Source: Camelus dromedarius (Eukaryota). Taken from it: 64,000 bases of DNA. Under the pieces are notes generated by a model, which saw nothing but the letters and a program-made list of their open reading frames with translations, searched no databases and was not told where the DNA came from. The position numbers and the translations under genes were made by a program. Positions within the stretch are counted from its first letter, which is position 1. Every line of letters starts with the position of its first letter. Positions 11,541 to 24,669 of this stretch are shown here, one piece after another. The DNA lies in contig NC_087447.1 in NCBI RefSeq assembly GCF_036321535.1, positions 44,022,001 to 44,086,000 on the forward strand, written 5' to 3'.

Positions 11541-12649
11541 ACAATGTCTCATGCCCTAGATTTCTCATGGTAAATACAATTGAAAATCTTAGACCAGATC
11601 CATATTATATATCATGATAATAGGGCAATGCTGTTGGTCATCTGAAACATACAGAATACATCATTCTGGCAAAGATGCCAAGTGTCAAAAATTAGTATCA
11701 ACATGATTGATGGAGAATGGAAAAATGTCACGATGTAACATGGAAAGCTTTACTAAAAAGGAAGGACTCAACTTCACGTGTTCTAGCCCATATCCAGATC
11801 CTGAAACCCTAGTTGTTCTCACATAATACCTCTTTCTCTTTAGAGTCTGAAAATTAATGAAAATTTAGGAAAGTGTGAAAGTAACATTCCAAAACTTCAA
11901 CTTGATGTCAACTCCAGTAAGAAACAGGTATAATAATGAAGGTAACAAAGAAATAATTTTAAAACCCTGGTTTAGACACTTTATACTCAGGTTTTCTGGG
12001 GTTTATCTGATCAGTTGTATAATAATTATGCTGCACGTGCATTTTGACAGCTTTTTGAAATTTTAGAGCAGTTGAGAGACTCATATATTCAAAGGGATTC
12101 TAATTAAAGGTTTAGAAGTGTTTGATTAAGTTTGCAATTAACACTTAAATGTTTTGGGGAATTTAATCTGTTTAATGCCTACATTGGATTTATCAGTTTA
12201 TATACATGCTGTGTAAATATTCAGTGGAATGTTATTAATATTAAATGAATTCTAGATTCATATGATTAATAAATCAGAAAATAAACTATAAATAATAGTG
12301 TTTATTTCTCTTTCTGCACAGACATCATTTGGACATAATTTCAAAATGATAAGTCATATCTTTCCCCTGGTCTTTTTCTGCAAAATGGCTTTTTTATTTT
12401 TGGTCCTTAATTAGTTTAGTAAGTACTATAAAAGTGCTCTGTAGTTATTTTAATTGAAATTTCACTGAATCAATAAATTAATTTGAAATGAATTTTCCTC
12501 TTTATGAGAACACAAAGCATTTCTTCTGTTCCTGTTCTAAAAGGGAATGCTTCTGACATATTCCCAGTTAGGATGATGGCTTCTGCATTTGGTGAGGCTG
12601 ATGAAAAACCCAGTGTCAATATTATTCTCATTTACTTGCATACGACCAA

Positions 12650-13140
12650 GACACTAGACCCTCATTAGACACAATCTGCAAATATTTTCTCCCATTCTTT
12701 GGTTTGTCTTTTCACTTTCTCATAGTACCTTTTGAAACACACAAGTTTTTTATTCTGATAAAATCCAATTTATTAATTTGGCCTTTGGTTGCTTGTGCTT
12801 TAGGTGTCATATCTAAGAAAACACTGCCTAACCCAAGGTGACAGAGATTTACTGCTATGTTTCCTGTAAGAGTTTTACAGTTTAGTTCTTACATGTAGAA
12901 CTTTGATTTTGAGCTTATTTTTAATATATGGTATAGATGGAATCCAAATTCATTCTTTGGTGTGTGGCAATCTGGTTGTCTAAGCTCCATTTGTTGAAAG
13001 GACTATTTTTTTCACTACTGAATGGCCTTGCTACCCTTGTTGAACATCAATTGACCATACATGTATGGCTTTATTTTTGGACTTTTAATTCTATTCTATT
13101 GATGTATATGTTTACCCTATGCCAGTACCACACAGTCGTA
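12650..13140 (-). mobile_element. L1M ORF2 fragment
   Basis: gcaaatattttctcccattctttggtttgtcttttcactttc...ctttaggtgtcatatctaagaaa...atgccagtaccacac. Confidence 0.8.
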
Positions 13141-13384
13141 TGATGTTATGTAGTTTATGTAATATTATCACAATAAATTAATTTTTCACTTGTTGATTTT
13201 GTAGACTGTTTTCTTAACATTAAGTCTCTTCATATATTTTAATTTTGGTTTGTGAGCTCAACTTTGAATCTTAAGGATTTTTTCATTCTTTTTATTTTCT
13301 CCCTTCCCCTCTATGGTTACTTTTTCTTATTTGGTGGTTTTGTAGATGTGTTACCCCAATTCTCTGGTCTGGTATATGGCTTTT

Positions 13385-13476
13385 GGTTGTTGTTGTTAAC
13401 AGAGGTACTGGGGATTGAACCCAAGACCTCATGCATGCTAAGCACACACTCTACCACTGAGCTATACCCTTGCCCC
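13385..13476 (-). mobile_element. tRNA-Ala-derived camelid SINE
   Basis: Antisense head gaggtactggggattgaaccc...ctctaccactgagctataccc. TSD ctggtatatggc at 13369-13380 and 13477-13488. Confidence 0.92.
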
Positions 13477-13719
13477 CTGGTATATGGCCTTTTAATGATT
13501 TAATGCTTCACTGTGATACTGGCAGCTTTGGTTATAGAATCCCTGGTAGCTTAGCTATGTTCCAAGTTTCCTGGCTTTCTATGCCTACAGCATCTGGAAG
13601 TAAAGCCTCAGGTAACATTCATTATTGTCAAAATTACTTCCTATTCTTTCCCTCTAACCTTTTGTCTTGCTAAAGAAAAGCTGAAAATATTTTTTTTTCT
13701 CTTAGTCTTGATTAAAAAT

Positions 13720-14060
13720 TTATCATTTAATATTATTCTTTGATCTGCCATCTATTGTTACGGAGAAGTCTGCTACCAAGATAATTGTTGCTCTATGTGT
13801 AATCTGCATTTTCTCTCTAATAGTATTAAAGATTTTCTTTTATCTTTGATGTTCTGCAGGTTCACTGTGAAATGTTTACGTGTGGTGCATTATCTGTATC
13901 CTGTTTGCTTTTAGGCGTATACTTTCAGTCTAAGGACGCATATTTATTTGACTCTGAAATTCTCAATTTTTACCTCCTATGATATTTATCTTTCAGTTCC
14001 TCCATTAGATTCTTTTGGACTCTGATCAAATAAATATCCTTCATGCCTCTTAACTGTCAT
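13720..14060 (-). mobile_element. L1 ORF1 / HAL1-like relic
   Basis: gagaagtctgct...aagattttcttttatctttgatgttctgcaggttcactgtgaaatgttta, the antisense of the ORF1 'RHIxVKL..KDKEKIL' region. Confidence 0.55.
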
Positions 14061-14884
14061 TTCACAATGTACATATTAAATTCTTTATCCCTTCTTACTG
14101 TGTCTATTGTCCAATCATGTTGACCCCACTTAACCATGAGTGTTGAGAATGTGGAGGAGCAGGTGAAATCTGGGGAGAGCACCCTTGCCCCTGTCATGGC
14201 CCCAGTGCATGTCTGTGCTCTGACCAGTCCACTTCACTTTTCAACATCATCCTGTCAATCTTCAGTTCTTAGGCTACCAGCTCTAATACCTGCTTTGGGT
14301 TATGCCCAATCCAGCCCTGGGTGTAAAGTCTTGTGTGCCCTTCATAGACCAGGGCCCTGAGTTGATTAATTGACTCCCTGGCTTCACTCACTACTCATGC
14401 TTTCTCTGGCCTCCTTTCTCTTTAGCGGTCTGGGCAGTCTTCTCCTCCATTTTGTCTGCAAATATCAGTACCCTCAGGCCTGTCAGTGTCCAAGGATGGC
14501 TTCAGCATTTCTCCCACCAGCAAATGGGGCTTTGCTGCCTCAAAACCTATAGTTTTCCAAAAGGGTGTATTAAGCCCTAGAATTCCTGTCTGCAGCCTCT
14601 AAGCTATACTGCAGCTTCAGTGAAAAGAGCACTGGATTTAAATTCAGAAGTTTTCATCATCACTTCAAATTTAACCATCAGCATAATAAATGATTATTAT
14701 AATAACATCTATTATTTATTAATTGCCCAAGATGTGCTTATTTCTCTTCTTAGCTCATTACACATATTTCTCACAAAGAGTCTACAAAGCAGTATTATTT
14801 TTCCTATTTAACAGATAAGGCTTAGAGAACTCTAAAATACAAACTATGGTGAAAACAAAACTCTTCCTCTCCTCTTCTTGAGAA

Positions 14885-15337
14885 GCAGTTCTCAAAGTAT
14901 TGTCTGGTGATCTGGGTCAATACTATTATCATATTAATACTAAGATTTTTATTTTCCTTTTTTATTCTAATTCTCTTAGGAGTTCTGAATACACCAGATT
15001 GAATTCAGAAGTAGAATAAAATCCAGCTGTCTCTATTCAGCCAGACATTAAAGAAAATTACAAAAGGTAAAACTATGTTACCTTCTCACTATTTTTTTAA
15101 TTTTGGAAAGTGTGGCCTTTTTTTTTTAATATATAAACATGTTATTTCTGTTAATATGCAATGGGCTTGTTGTAATTTAAACTGAAAAACAGATTAAATA
15201 TATTTTTAAGTTCTCAGTTTTTACTTCTGATACAGTAACTATAGATATAACTGACATAAACAGCTCCTTGGGGTCCTCAACAATTTCTAAGGTCTAAAGG
15301 AGTCCCAAGACAAAAAAAAAATTGTTGAAAACCACTA
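14885..15337. mobile_element. hAT-Charlie DNA transposon remnant
   Basis: Ends cagttctcaaagt... / ...ttgaaaaccacta. Internal atccagctgtctctattcagccagacattaaaga is typical of Charlie elements. Confidence 0.7.
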
Positions 15338-15434
15338 TCATAGAGTAATCCCACTTTCCAGAGATAAATATATCTGTGATTTCTTAGGTATCTCCCTTTT
15401 TTTCCCTAAGCATATAACAGCAAAAAGCATATTT

Positions 15435-15455
15435 ACACACACACACACACACATA

Positions 15456-15508
<53 letters not shown>
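15435..15508. repeat. (CA)n + long perfect (TA)n microsatellite
   Basis: Directly visible. Confidence 0.97.
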
Positions 15509-15510
<2 letters not shown>

Positions 15511-17299
15511 TCTATAGCTGATTTTCAATGTTCTACTAATTGTATATTTCTTTTTATATACGTTTGGTATTTTTATATCAGTTCTCCTAGAGGCTCAGAA
15601 TCCTGTACGAGGGGTAGACATGTAAGCATCACAGGGAGGAGGAAAAGTGGGGCCAGAGGCAGAGCAGTCAGGCGAGGGTCCACACAGAAGGTCATATCTT
15701 GAGCCTGTTTTGTTTTATGACTTAAATTCTTAAAAGAATCTTGTACGTGCAAATATTTGAACAATCTTTATCTGGCCAGTCTATAATTTGACTTCACTAA
15801 ATGTTTACTCACTCATTCTTCCAGAATTCATTTTGGTGAGAGATACACATTGAGTGTGTGTTGGATTTAAATGACTGGTTTCTTAAATTATTATCTAGCT
15901 ATCTACTTGTCATTTAATAAATGCTCTCTGTCAGTTCTTTTGTGATACTGATGGTTGGATTATACAGTTTTTAGAGTTCTATTCTGCTCCAGTGATCTCT
16001 TACATTCTATGGCAGAATTGGAAGCCAAGCACTTCGGTCTCTACCATGTTCTAATACTTCATTGCTCCTTTGTAAGTTCTGGAATTGTGTGACCTGTTCA
16101 TTTCTCATGAAATATAGAAGCATTTTGCTGCTTTCTAAGATAAAAATCTTGTTGGAGTATCAATCTGAATTATGTGTAACTTCTAAATAAACCATTGAAA
16201 AATTACTATTTGTCATTTATAACACCTGTGGATATGACCTTGCCTACATCTGAAAGAGGATTTGAGTCAGTATTGATGGAAAACTCTTCAGGTTCTGCTG
16301 GACCACCTCCCCCCTACCCGCCCCCCCACCGCCGCTGCCCCATGCAAGCCATTCCTCCTCCCCCTAGTTCATTCTCTTGCTTTTTTGAATATGCTTTAAT
16401 GTAGACCTGTGGCCTTGAACTTTATTCTTTTTCCTTTACTTCTCTTTTTATTATTGTTCACTTCCTTTTGACAGTTTCCTTGGATTCCAGCCTGTGTTCC
16501 CCACTAGGTGCTATGTCTTTCCCCTACTGCTTTGATTCTGCTATCTTAGACTATCTGCTAGTCTCTCCTGTTTTCCTCTTCCAGCTCTAGATCCTAGAAC
16601 TCCAGCCAGAGTTAGCAGATGTTTATTCTCCTATGTATTAATGTGCCTTGCTATTCTTGCTCAAAACTTTTATTTATATTTATCGAAGTTTTATTATTTT
16701 CATTATGAAGCTATGTATTGTTATTTTATCCCAATGTCTTTGTGTGTGTGTAGTATGTATATTGTGTATGTGTGCATGTGTGTGTCTGTGTGTGTTATAT
16801 TAAGGTAGGGCCTTTCCTGTTTAGTGTCTCCATTTATTTTTAATACTTTAAAATATTACTGATTTTTTTTTGCCTTGAAACTGACATGTCTTAGTCCATT
16901 ACAAAAATTAATGCTATTAGTTTTTACCAATTCTTGGAAATGTTCTAGCTATACAGTTATTATCTACAGATAATAAAACATTTTCATTCTTTCCAGGATT
17001 TATTGCCCTCATCTAGAGGAGTAAGAGAACACAGCATCACTGGCCAGACATCATATTCATAAGAATGGGCATCAGTGCCACTGGTGATGACAAAGCACCT
17101 TCATTAGTGATGTAGCATACAGAGGTACATCCACTCAGCAGACCAGAGAGACTCAAGGCACACGTGTGAGATGCTCACTGGAGACTTCCAGAAACAACAG
17201 AAGGAGAATCTGTAGTGTGGGAAACATGTAAACCGAAGCCAGAAAAACCTGGTTTCTTACCAGATCCTGATTATTATTTCTGATATGCCCCTTGGCCTT

Positions 17300-18480
17300 T
17301 GAGACTAGAGGAATATGAAGTAGACAACATCAACTATGAAAGAGTTGAACAGCTGCAATGAAAATTAAAAAGGAATTATAAAAATTCCTGGAAATAGCAG
17401 AGAAGAAGGCAAGAAGAGTCAGTAACTCAAAGAATAAAGTTAAATCTCAAATCTCAATCCTAGAGAAATGCCACAGACAAATTAAACACCACCAGGTCTA
17501 GGCACTGAGAAAACAATGACAAAGGTTAGAGTTCCCAGACTTTTGAAGTTCACAAATTGGTATTTTCTTCCTCCTTTAAAAAATTTTGAGGACTGACATA
17601 GTGTCATCTTTCTATTAAGCCAAGTAAGAATGTTAAAAAAGAAACACAACATCACCATTTCTTTATAAAAGAAAAAACATTTGTAACCAAAAATTTAGGA
17701 CTGGCACAGGCTATGAATAAAGACTAGTTTTGTAAATTGAAAACAGTCATCTTTATTGCGAACTAATTTTATTTGTCCTTCTATTTCTAAATTAGCCAGA
17801 GATAAAAGGAAACTTCATCAGGGACTGGCACTGGTCCACCGACTAGTGTAAGGATATCACACTAGGGAGTGTTAAAAATATCTGACAACTGTATGAAATG
17901 GGTACTAACCAGTGAGAATAAATGTCATCACGAGAATGAGCATTAACCACACACAACTGAAAATAAGACCTGAAGAGTGTCACAAATATAAATCTAACCT
18001 GTGCACAATTGTGGTGCCAAACAAGATGTGAGGAACAATTAAAATAAACCGTAATTATGAAACTAAGACATCAACCTAAAATAATTTTCTTGAACTGATA
18101 AAAAGCATGTGTCCCAGAGTTTGAGATTTAACATTCTTCCATCAACATAAAGGAAGACCGAGAGTTACCAATATGTTGATTTTTCAGATTACAAATTTAA
18201 AGAACTTGAAGTACATACACCCGGGGTAAGAGGAGACCTAACATTCAAAGGTGGGAAGAAAAGAAAATCTTTACTTTCATAACTCAAAGATTAGAGGACT
18301 AAAGAGACTGGGGAAATACTTAGAGAACACTTAGGGGATATGTTTTCTCACTACAGATCAATTATTTTGCTAAGTTGCTGTTCTCTTTGAAGGAAGAAAG
18401 AAAACATTTCCCAAGCCACAATAATAGAAAATTCCCTGCCTTTAGTGAATACTATAATGATTCACTGAACTGGTTTTACA
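17300..18480 (+). mobile_element. Decayed L1 ORF1 / HAL1-like relic, interrupted by a probable hAT MITE (~17525-17865)
   Basis: Broken-frame translations NNFLELIKSM (~18080), DWGNT*RTLR (~18306) and AKLLFS/FEGRKKTF (~18369) follow the order of the ORF1p motifs ENFPEL, W..IFKVL and PAKLSF..EG..KTF. Confidence 0.5.
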
Positions 18481-18734
18481 GAGAGCTACAGACTGAAAGG
18501 ACAAGTGGCCAACATCTTAACATGGATCAGAGACAACTGTGAAGTACAAAATATGCTTTGATAACTATGGGGCCTCAGAAATGCGGTCATAAAAGGTTTT
18601 AAGATTATTGGGAAATTACAAGGAAGGTTAGGTGCAGGTGGGTCTCAGTGCAGTAAAGGAAAAGGGGCTAAACAGTAAAACAAAATAAAGCAAAACTCTA
18701 GTTCTCTAGAAGGTCATGCAAAGATTTTTTTAAA

Positions 18735-20064
18735 AGTTAAGACTATATATTTTTAAAAATGTAAGTTTCACAGAAAAACTGAGGGGAAACGACAGAGATT
18801 TCTCGTATGTCCTCTGCTCCCACATATGCAGTATGCACCCCACCTCCCATTATCAATACCCCCCTCAACAGAATGGTGCATTTGTTACAACTGATGAACC
18901 CACACTGACACATCCTAATCACCCAAAGTCCATACTTCACATAATAGTCCCCTCTTGGTGGTGTACATTCTGTGGGTTTGGACAAATGTATAATGACATG
19001 TATCCATCATTGTAGGATCATACAGAGTATATTCACTGCCCTAAAAAATACTCCATGTTCTGCCTATTTATCCCTCCAACCCCTACCAACCACTGATCTT
19101 TTTACTGCCTCCACAGTCTTGCCTTTTCCAGAACGTCATGTAGCTGGAATCACACAGTATAAAGTCTTTTCAGACTGGTTTCTTTCACTTAGCAGTATAC
19201 ATTTAAGGTTCCTCCATGTCTTTTCATGGCTTGATAACTCATTTCTTTTTAGCAATGAATAATATTCCATTGTCGGGATGTTCCACAGTTTATTTATCCA
19301 TTCACCTACTGAAGAACATCTTAGTTGCTTCCAAGTTTTGGCACAACATCCGTTGTGCAGGTTTTTGTGTGGATATACCTATTCAGTCCTTTGGGTAAAT
19401 ATCAAGGAGTGCAATTTTTGGATCATGTGATAAAAGTATGTTTAGTTTTGTAAGAAATCACCAAACTGTCTTCCAAAGTGTATGCACCATTTTGCATTCC
19501 CACCAGCAATGAATAAGAGTGCCTGTTGCTCACATATTTGCCAACATCTGGTTTTGTCAGTGCTCCAGATTTTGGCTATTCTAATAGGTGTGTAGTCATA
19601 TCTCACTGTTTTATTTTGCATTTCCCTGATGACATATGATGTGGAGCATCTTTTCACATGCTTATTTTCCATTTGTCTATCTTTTCTGATGAGGCATCTA
19701 TTAAGGTCTTTGGCACATTTTTAATCAGGTTGTTTGTCTTCCTACTGAATTTTAAGAGTTCTTTGTATATTCTGGGTAACAGTCCTTTATCATGTGTCCT
19801 TTGCAGGTATTACTCCCAGTTGGTGGCCTGTCTTTGCATTCTCTTGACATTATCTTTTGCAGAGCAAAAGCTTTTAATTTTACTGAAGTCCAGCTAATCA
19901 ATTATTTCTTTCATAGATTGTACACTTGCTGTTGTATCTAAAAAGTCATCTCCATATCCAAGATTATCTAGGTTTGCTCCTATGCCATCTTCTAGGAGTT
20001 TTATGGCTTTGTGTTTTACTTTTAGGTCTGTGATTCATCATCAGTTAACATTTATGAAGGGTAT
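18735..20064 (-). mobile_element. 5'-truncated L1 (L1MC1-like 3' end) with intact TSD
   Basis: Diagnostic 3'UTR ttgttacaactgatgaacccacactgacacatcctaatcacccaaagtccata. The 19-bp repeat atgcaaagatttttttaaa occurs at 18716-18734 and 20065-20083. Confidence 0.88.
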
Positions 20065-20189
20065 ATGCAAAGATTTTTTTAAATTATTATTTATAAACAG
20101 ACATTAAAATTAAATAAAGGTAGTGATATAATAAGCTTAGATGCTTTTTAAAGTTGATTAGCTCCCTGCGGAGAAGACTGGAGAAGTAT

Positions 20190-23100
20190 TTATGCATTTA
20201 CCCTTTGACTGAGCAGTCCCAGTTCTAGAACTACCCTCCAGATACATCTCCACAAATATAAGACAACATATGCAGAAGGCTACTCACTGAAGCATTTTTA
20301 AAATAGTAAAACCTATTAAAATGTGAGAGAATACAAATTCCGGTTAGTAGGAGCATAGTTAAACTGTAACTACCTAATGGACTACCATGCAGCTACAAAA
20401 ATAATTAGAAAGATTTCTATAAATTGATATGGAACAATTTTCATTTTAGTTTCCACAATTAAGTAGGAAAAAAGGTGCAAAATAATGTATACAGAGAATG
20501 CTTCCTTTTGTGTAAGAAAGAGGGTGAGAATTAGGATATAAATATATGCCCACTTTTATAAAAAGAAACATAAGGAGAAATTACCAACTAATGACAGTCA
20601 TTACTTAAACTGAGTGGCTGTCTCATACGGTCACGTAGCGTGTGAGAGCAGAGTGGAGGAGAGAAGGTTAGGAGTCAGTATCTAAGTATATTTTTATCTA
20701 AATGTACCTTTTCACTTTATCTGAGTATACATTTTCATATAGTTTTGATTTTTGAATAATGTGAATGCTTTATATATTCAGAAAATAAAATTAAATAACA
20801 AAGATCTAAAAAGAAAACACCTGCAACTGAATATAAAGATAAGGAAAAAACTAAGTGTATATTAAATTGATAATATAACACAGGAAAATAGAATTTTTTC
20901 AAATGATTTTTGAATACAGCACTGTGGCTTTCCATCTCTAGTAGCACCTATTCTAAGGAAAAGATTAAACTGCAAAGAAATCCTGAGCTATTTATAATAC
21001 TCTATTTTTCGTAGTAATATTAGTATTGTAATTCTGAAGCAGTTTTATGTATCTTGTGAAATAAAGAGAATATGTAGGTACCAAGTTTTATTGTATGAAA
21101 AAAAGAAAAATGTGATATAAACAAATATCACAAACTGCTTAAGACATTAAATCTTAATGGGAAATATTAGTATGAATGACCAATTTTACATATATGCTCA
21201 GTTGGGGTCAGTTGAATATGGACTGGGTATTAGTCGATGTTACAGATTATTATTACTCTTTAGGTGTCAAAATGATATTGTATTTATGTATGAGGATCTC
21301 TTTACTCCTCAGATACCTAAGGCTATGTGTGTATTTTGGAGTGTAGTTCATGGATTCTGCATCTTTCAAATGGATCAGCAAAAATAGATCACTATTTCTC
21401 ATGCTTAAATTGTTCAAAATTTAGCGTCCATGCAAGCAGGAAAAAAAGAGAAAGATACAGGCAGAAAGAAAGAGAAAGCAAAAACCTAATAAAACTGATT
21501 TATGAAGAGATAGAAAAAATCTGAATAATTTAATAACAATTAAGCAAATTAATCTACAATTTGAAAATTTTCCATAGAGAAAAATCTAAACCTAAATGTC
21601 TTAATGAATAAATTCTACCCAAATTTAAAGAAGAAATAACACCAGCATAGTAGAAACTCCTCCAGAGAACTAAGAAAAGAGGACACTTTCCCATATGTTT
21701 GATGAGGCCCTATAAATTTGAACCCAAAACTTAATAAGGACATTGTAAGAAAATTATAGGCCAATGTCATTCATGAACATACACGCAAAATTCCAAAGTA
21801 AATAAATAAATGTAAAATTCCAAACAATGTTAGCAAATTAGAGGCTCCATTTCCAGCAGTGACAGAATAGGTTGTATCAGACTGATCTCCCCCCAATAAT
21901 GGTTATAATCTCTGGGCACCAGAGCAACCAAATGCAGGCAGATATCACAGGCAATACGAGCCTTAAAAGAAGGGAAACACATTGGTTTGACTTCTATTTG
22001 CTGACTACGTACCTAACAGCCACCCTAACTCAGTGTTGCACACAGGAAATGGAGCTCAGTTAGGAAGCAGCAGGCTCACTTGTGCCAAGGACTCAGAGCC
22101 TGGGGCTGCTGAAGTGACTGGAAGTTAAGAGAAGAAATCTTAGCAAAGAGCAGCCAAAGAAAGGATTCTCAAAATCTGTGTAAAACTCTTCTCAGATCCT
22201 TGATTGGCTCCTCAACTGTGCAGGCATAAGGCAAGAGTCCAAGAAACCCAGCAGAAAGCAGCAGAAGACAGGCTAAAAGAGCTAAGCAGGGATTTCAGCA
22301 TCTTCTTGGGAGGCAAAGTTTGGAGTTCAAGTCATGACAAATTAGGGGAACCAGGTAAATAAACATTTCAGGTTTGCCATCGAAATGCCAGAAGAGTCAC
22401 CTTAAAATAAAGCAGAGAAGAAGTAATTATAGCAAAAGGCTAACAATTGGTAAATCTGAGTTAAGGGTATATGGGTGCTCATTGTACTATTCTTCCAATT
22501 TTTTATGTATGTTTGAAGTTTTTCAAGCACAGAGTTGGGAGAAAGCATTGATTAGGACTTTCTAATGGCAGACTGCCTAAATGTACCTAGCTCTCCTCTC
22601 TTCAGTGCCTCTCCCCCAGTTATAGAAAAGGGTCGGAATTCGCAAGGAGAAAGAGTGAATGTTTGGAGGTAACAACCCAGAATTTAGGGGGCTGAAAAAC
22701 AAATGTAACTGATTTTCCCAGTTGGAAAAACAAAGCTGCAGTCAAATCCAGAAATGCAGAAGTCCCATAAGTAGACGGGCTCACACTCCCAAACTCCAGA
22801 AAGGCCCTAGAATTGTGTGTAACTTGATGATGAAGCATACGGCTTTGAAAAGAAAAAAAATCCACAAAAGAAGCAATTAGGTGTTCACATCCCCTCTCTG
22901 ACATTTTACAGATGATTGCCTGGCCTCCCACCTCAGCGGAAGACTGAAAGTTAATTGTGTGGAGAAGATCAACTAGAGGGATTTGATGGGAGGACACCGA
23001 GCACATGTAACAGCTGGAGTACTGCAGTGGAAACTGGAGAATGAAATTAAATGATGAGACCCTCCCAATCTCTTCTGATTTCTCAGCTTCCAGATTGATG

Positions 23101-23350
23101 ACAGACAAAATGACATCCCCTCTAAACATACACAAAGGTGATTAGGGGTTACTGTATGGGGAAATCCACCTGACTAAGAGAAAACATCTGAATATCAACA
23201 CTTTGTAGTTCTCAAATGAAATAGATTTGTGCTTCCTGGTTCACCCAACTGAAAAAGCAAACAAACTACAACAGCCCCATGCATACAATGCTTCTAGTCA
23301 CCATTGTGCTGTCTCTAAATATGAATGGACCAGCCAAAGATTTCCAGATA
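20190..23350 (+). mobile_element. Patchwork of old L1M fragments (3'UTR, ORF2 and 5' pieces)
   Basis: e.g. aattctacccaaatttaaagaagaaataacaccagc (21610) and ggtatatgggtgctcattgtactattctt (22467). Individual boundaries were not resolved. Confidence 0.5.
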
Positions 23351-24669
23351 CTTATGGCACATGCATAAGACAAGTTCAATAAGATGATGCTTAAGACCTG
23401 CAAGTGGAGTTTCTGAGCCATACATTGCTCAGGCAAGGGTTTCATATAAAATATAAAAGTTGTCTGTAGTCCAGATTAGAAATAATCCTTTTTTAATAAT
23501 GGACATCCAGTGTTTTTAGGGCTCATTAGCGCTTACTAAGGGCTCATGTCCTATTTTCTCTTCCAACAGTCCTATTTTCTTCCTCAAAAGTGAAGACAAG
23601 ATGGGGACTCCTTGTTAAAGGTGGTTTTTCAGCCACAGCTTTTACCTTCTCGTCTTCCTAAAATCCTATTAAAATGATAATAAAGAAAAAAAAAACACTT
23701 TTAATCCCCATACCTTTTTCTCAAGTCTTTCCTTCTCTAATATAATTGTCTGTAATGTTTCTATTCTCTGTTGCTTCCAAATCCATTTTATATTTATTTC
23801 TGAATCTGTGAAAATAGGCTCTCTCTGTCTCCCTCCTTCCCTCCCTCTCTCTCCTCTCTCTCCCTCCGTCTCTCCTTTCCTCTCCAGCTTTCCCAGCTAA
23901 CCTCTCGTCTCTAGTTTTAGGATCTCTTTGAGTCTTCATTATTACAGAGTCTATAATATCTTTAATTTCTCAAACATGCAAAATAGTTACTTTCCAAAAT
24001 TTCAATCTACGTTCTGGAGTAAGTTTTCATGCACATTTTTACATCCCACAATTATACACTGCAGTGTTTACTTACTTCTTTGTGGCCAAAGTTTACACAA
24101 ATTCTGTTTCTTTTTCCTGTTCATACCTACTGTTTGTCTAAGAATATTCTCCTTTCTCTTCCCCTGAGCTCTGTCCTTAGACCTTAAGGTGGCCTGGCCG
24201 ATACTACCTTGTTAGCCAGTCAGCTGGCAAGGCTGCTGGGGGAAGAAGAGGAGCTATAATTGTAGACAAGTTTATTGAAAATCATTGCTTTATGTTCTGA
24301 TCTCTATGGAAAAAAAAAGCATACCCCAGTTCTGTTTGCACTTCCTCTTTTCCCATTGCCCCTACTACATAATGGTTTAGGTGCTTGATGAGACAAAATT
24401 CTGAGTTAGAAGAACTTAATTTACATAGTTACATAGAAAAAGCTTGAAGGAGTTTGTTTAGACCATAAAAATGCCTTTCAGAAACTCACTGGGATTAATG
24501 CTTGGCAGCGTGCCATTTTTTGTCTGCGGTCCTGTCTTCTGGCACTGCCTAGGCTAGACAATCACAGAAGTCTCTTCCTTACTGCGTGGAAGAAATAGAG
24601 ACTTTTAGTTTATTTGAACAATTATTTCTACTGACTGCCAGGTGTTAGGTAAGTTCCAGTTATAAGATG

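Noticed and set aside
22620..23135. 171-aa minus-strand ORF
   Set aside because: Lies in probable old L1-derived sequence, has a non-ATG start and shows no protein-like features.
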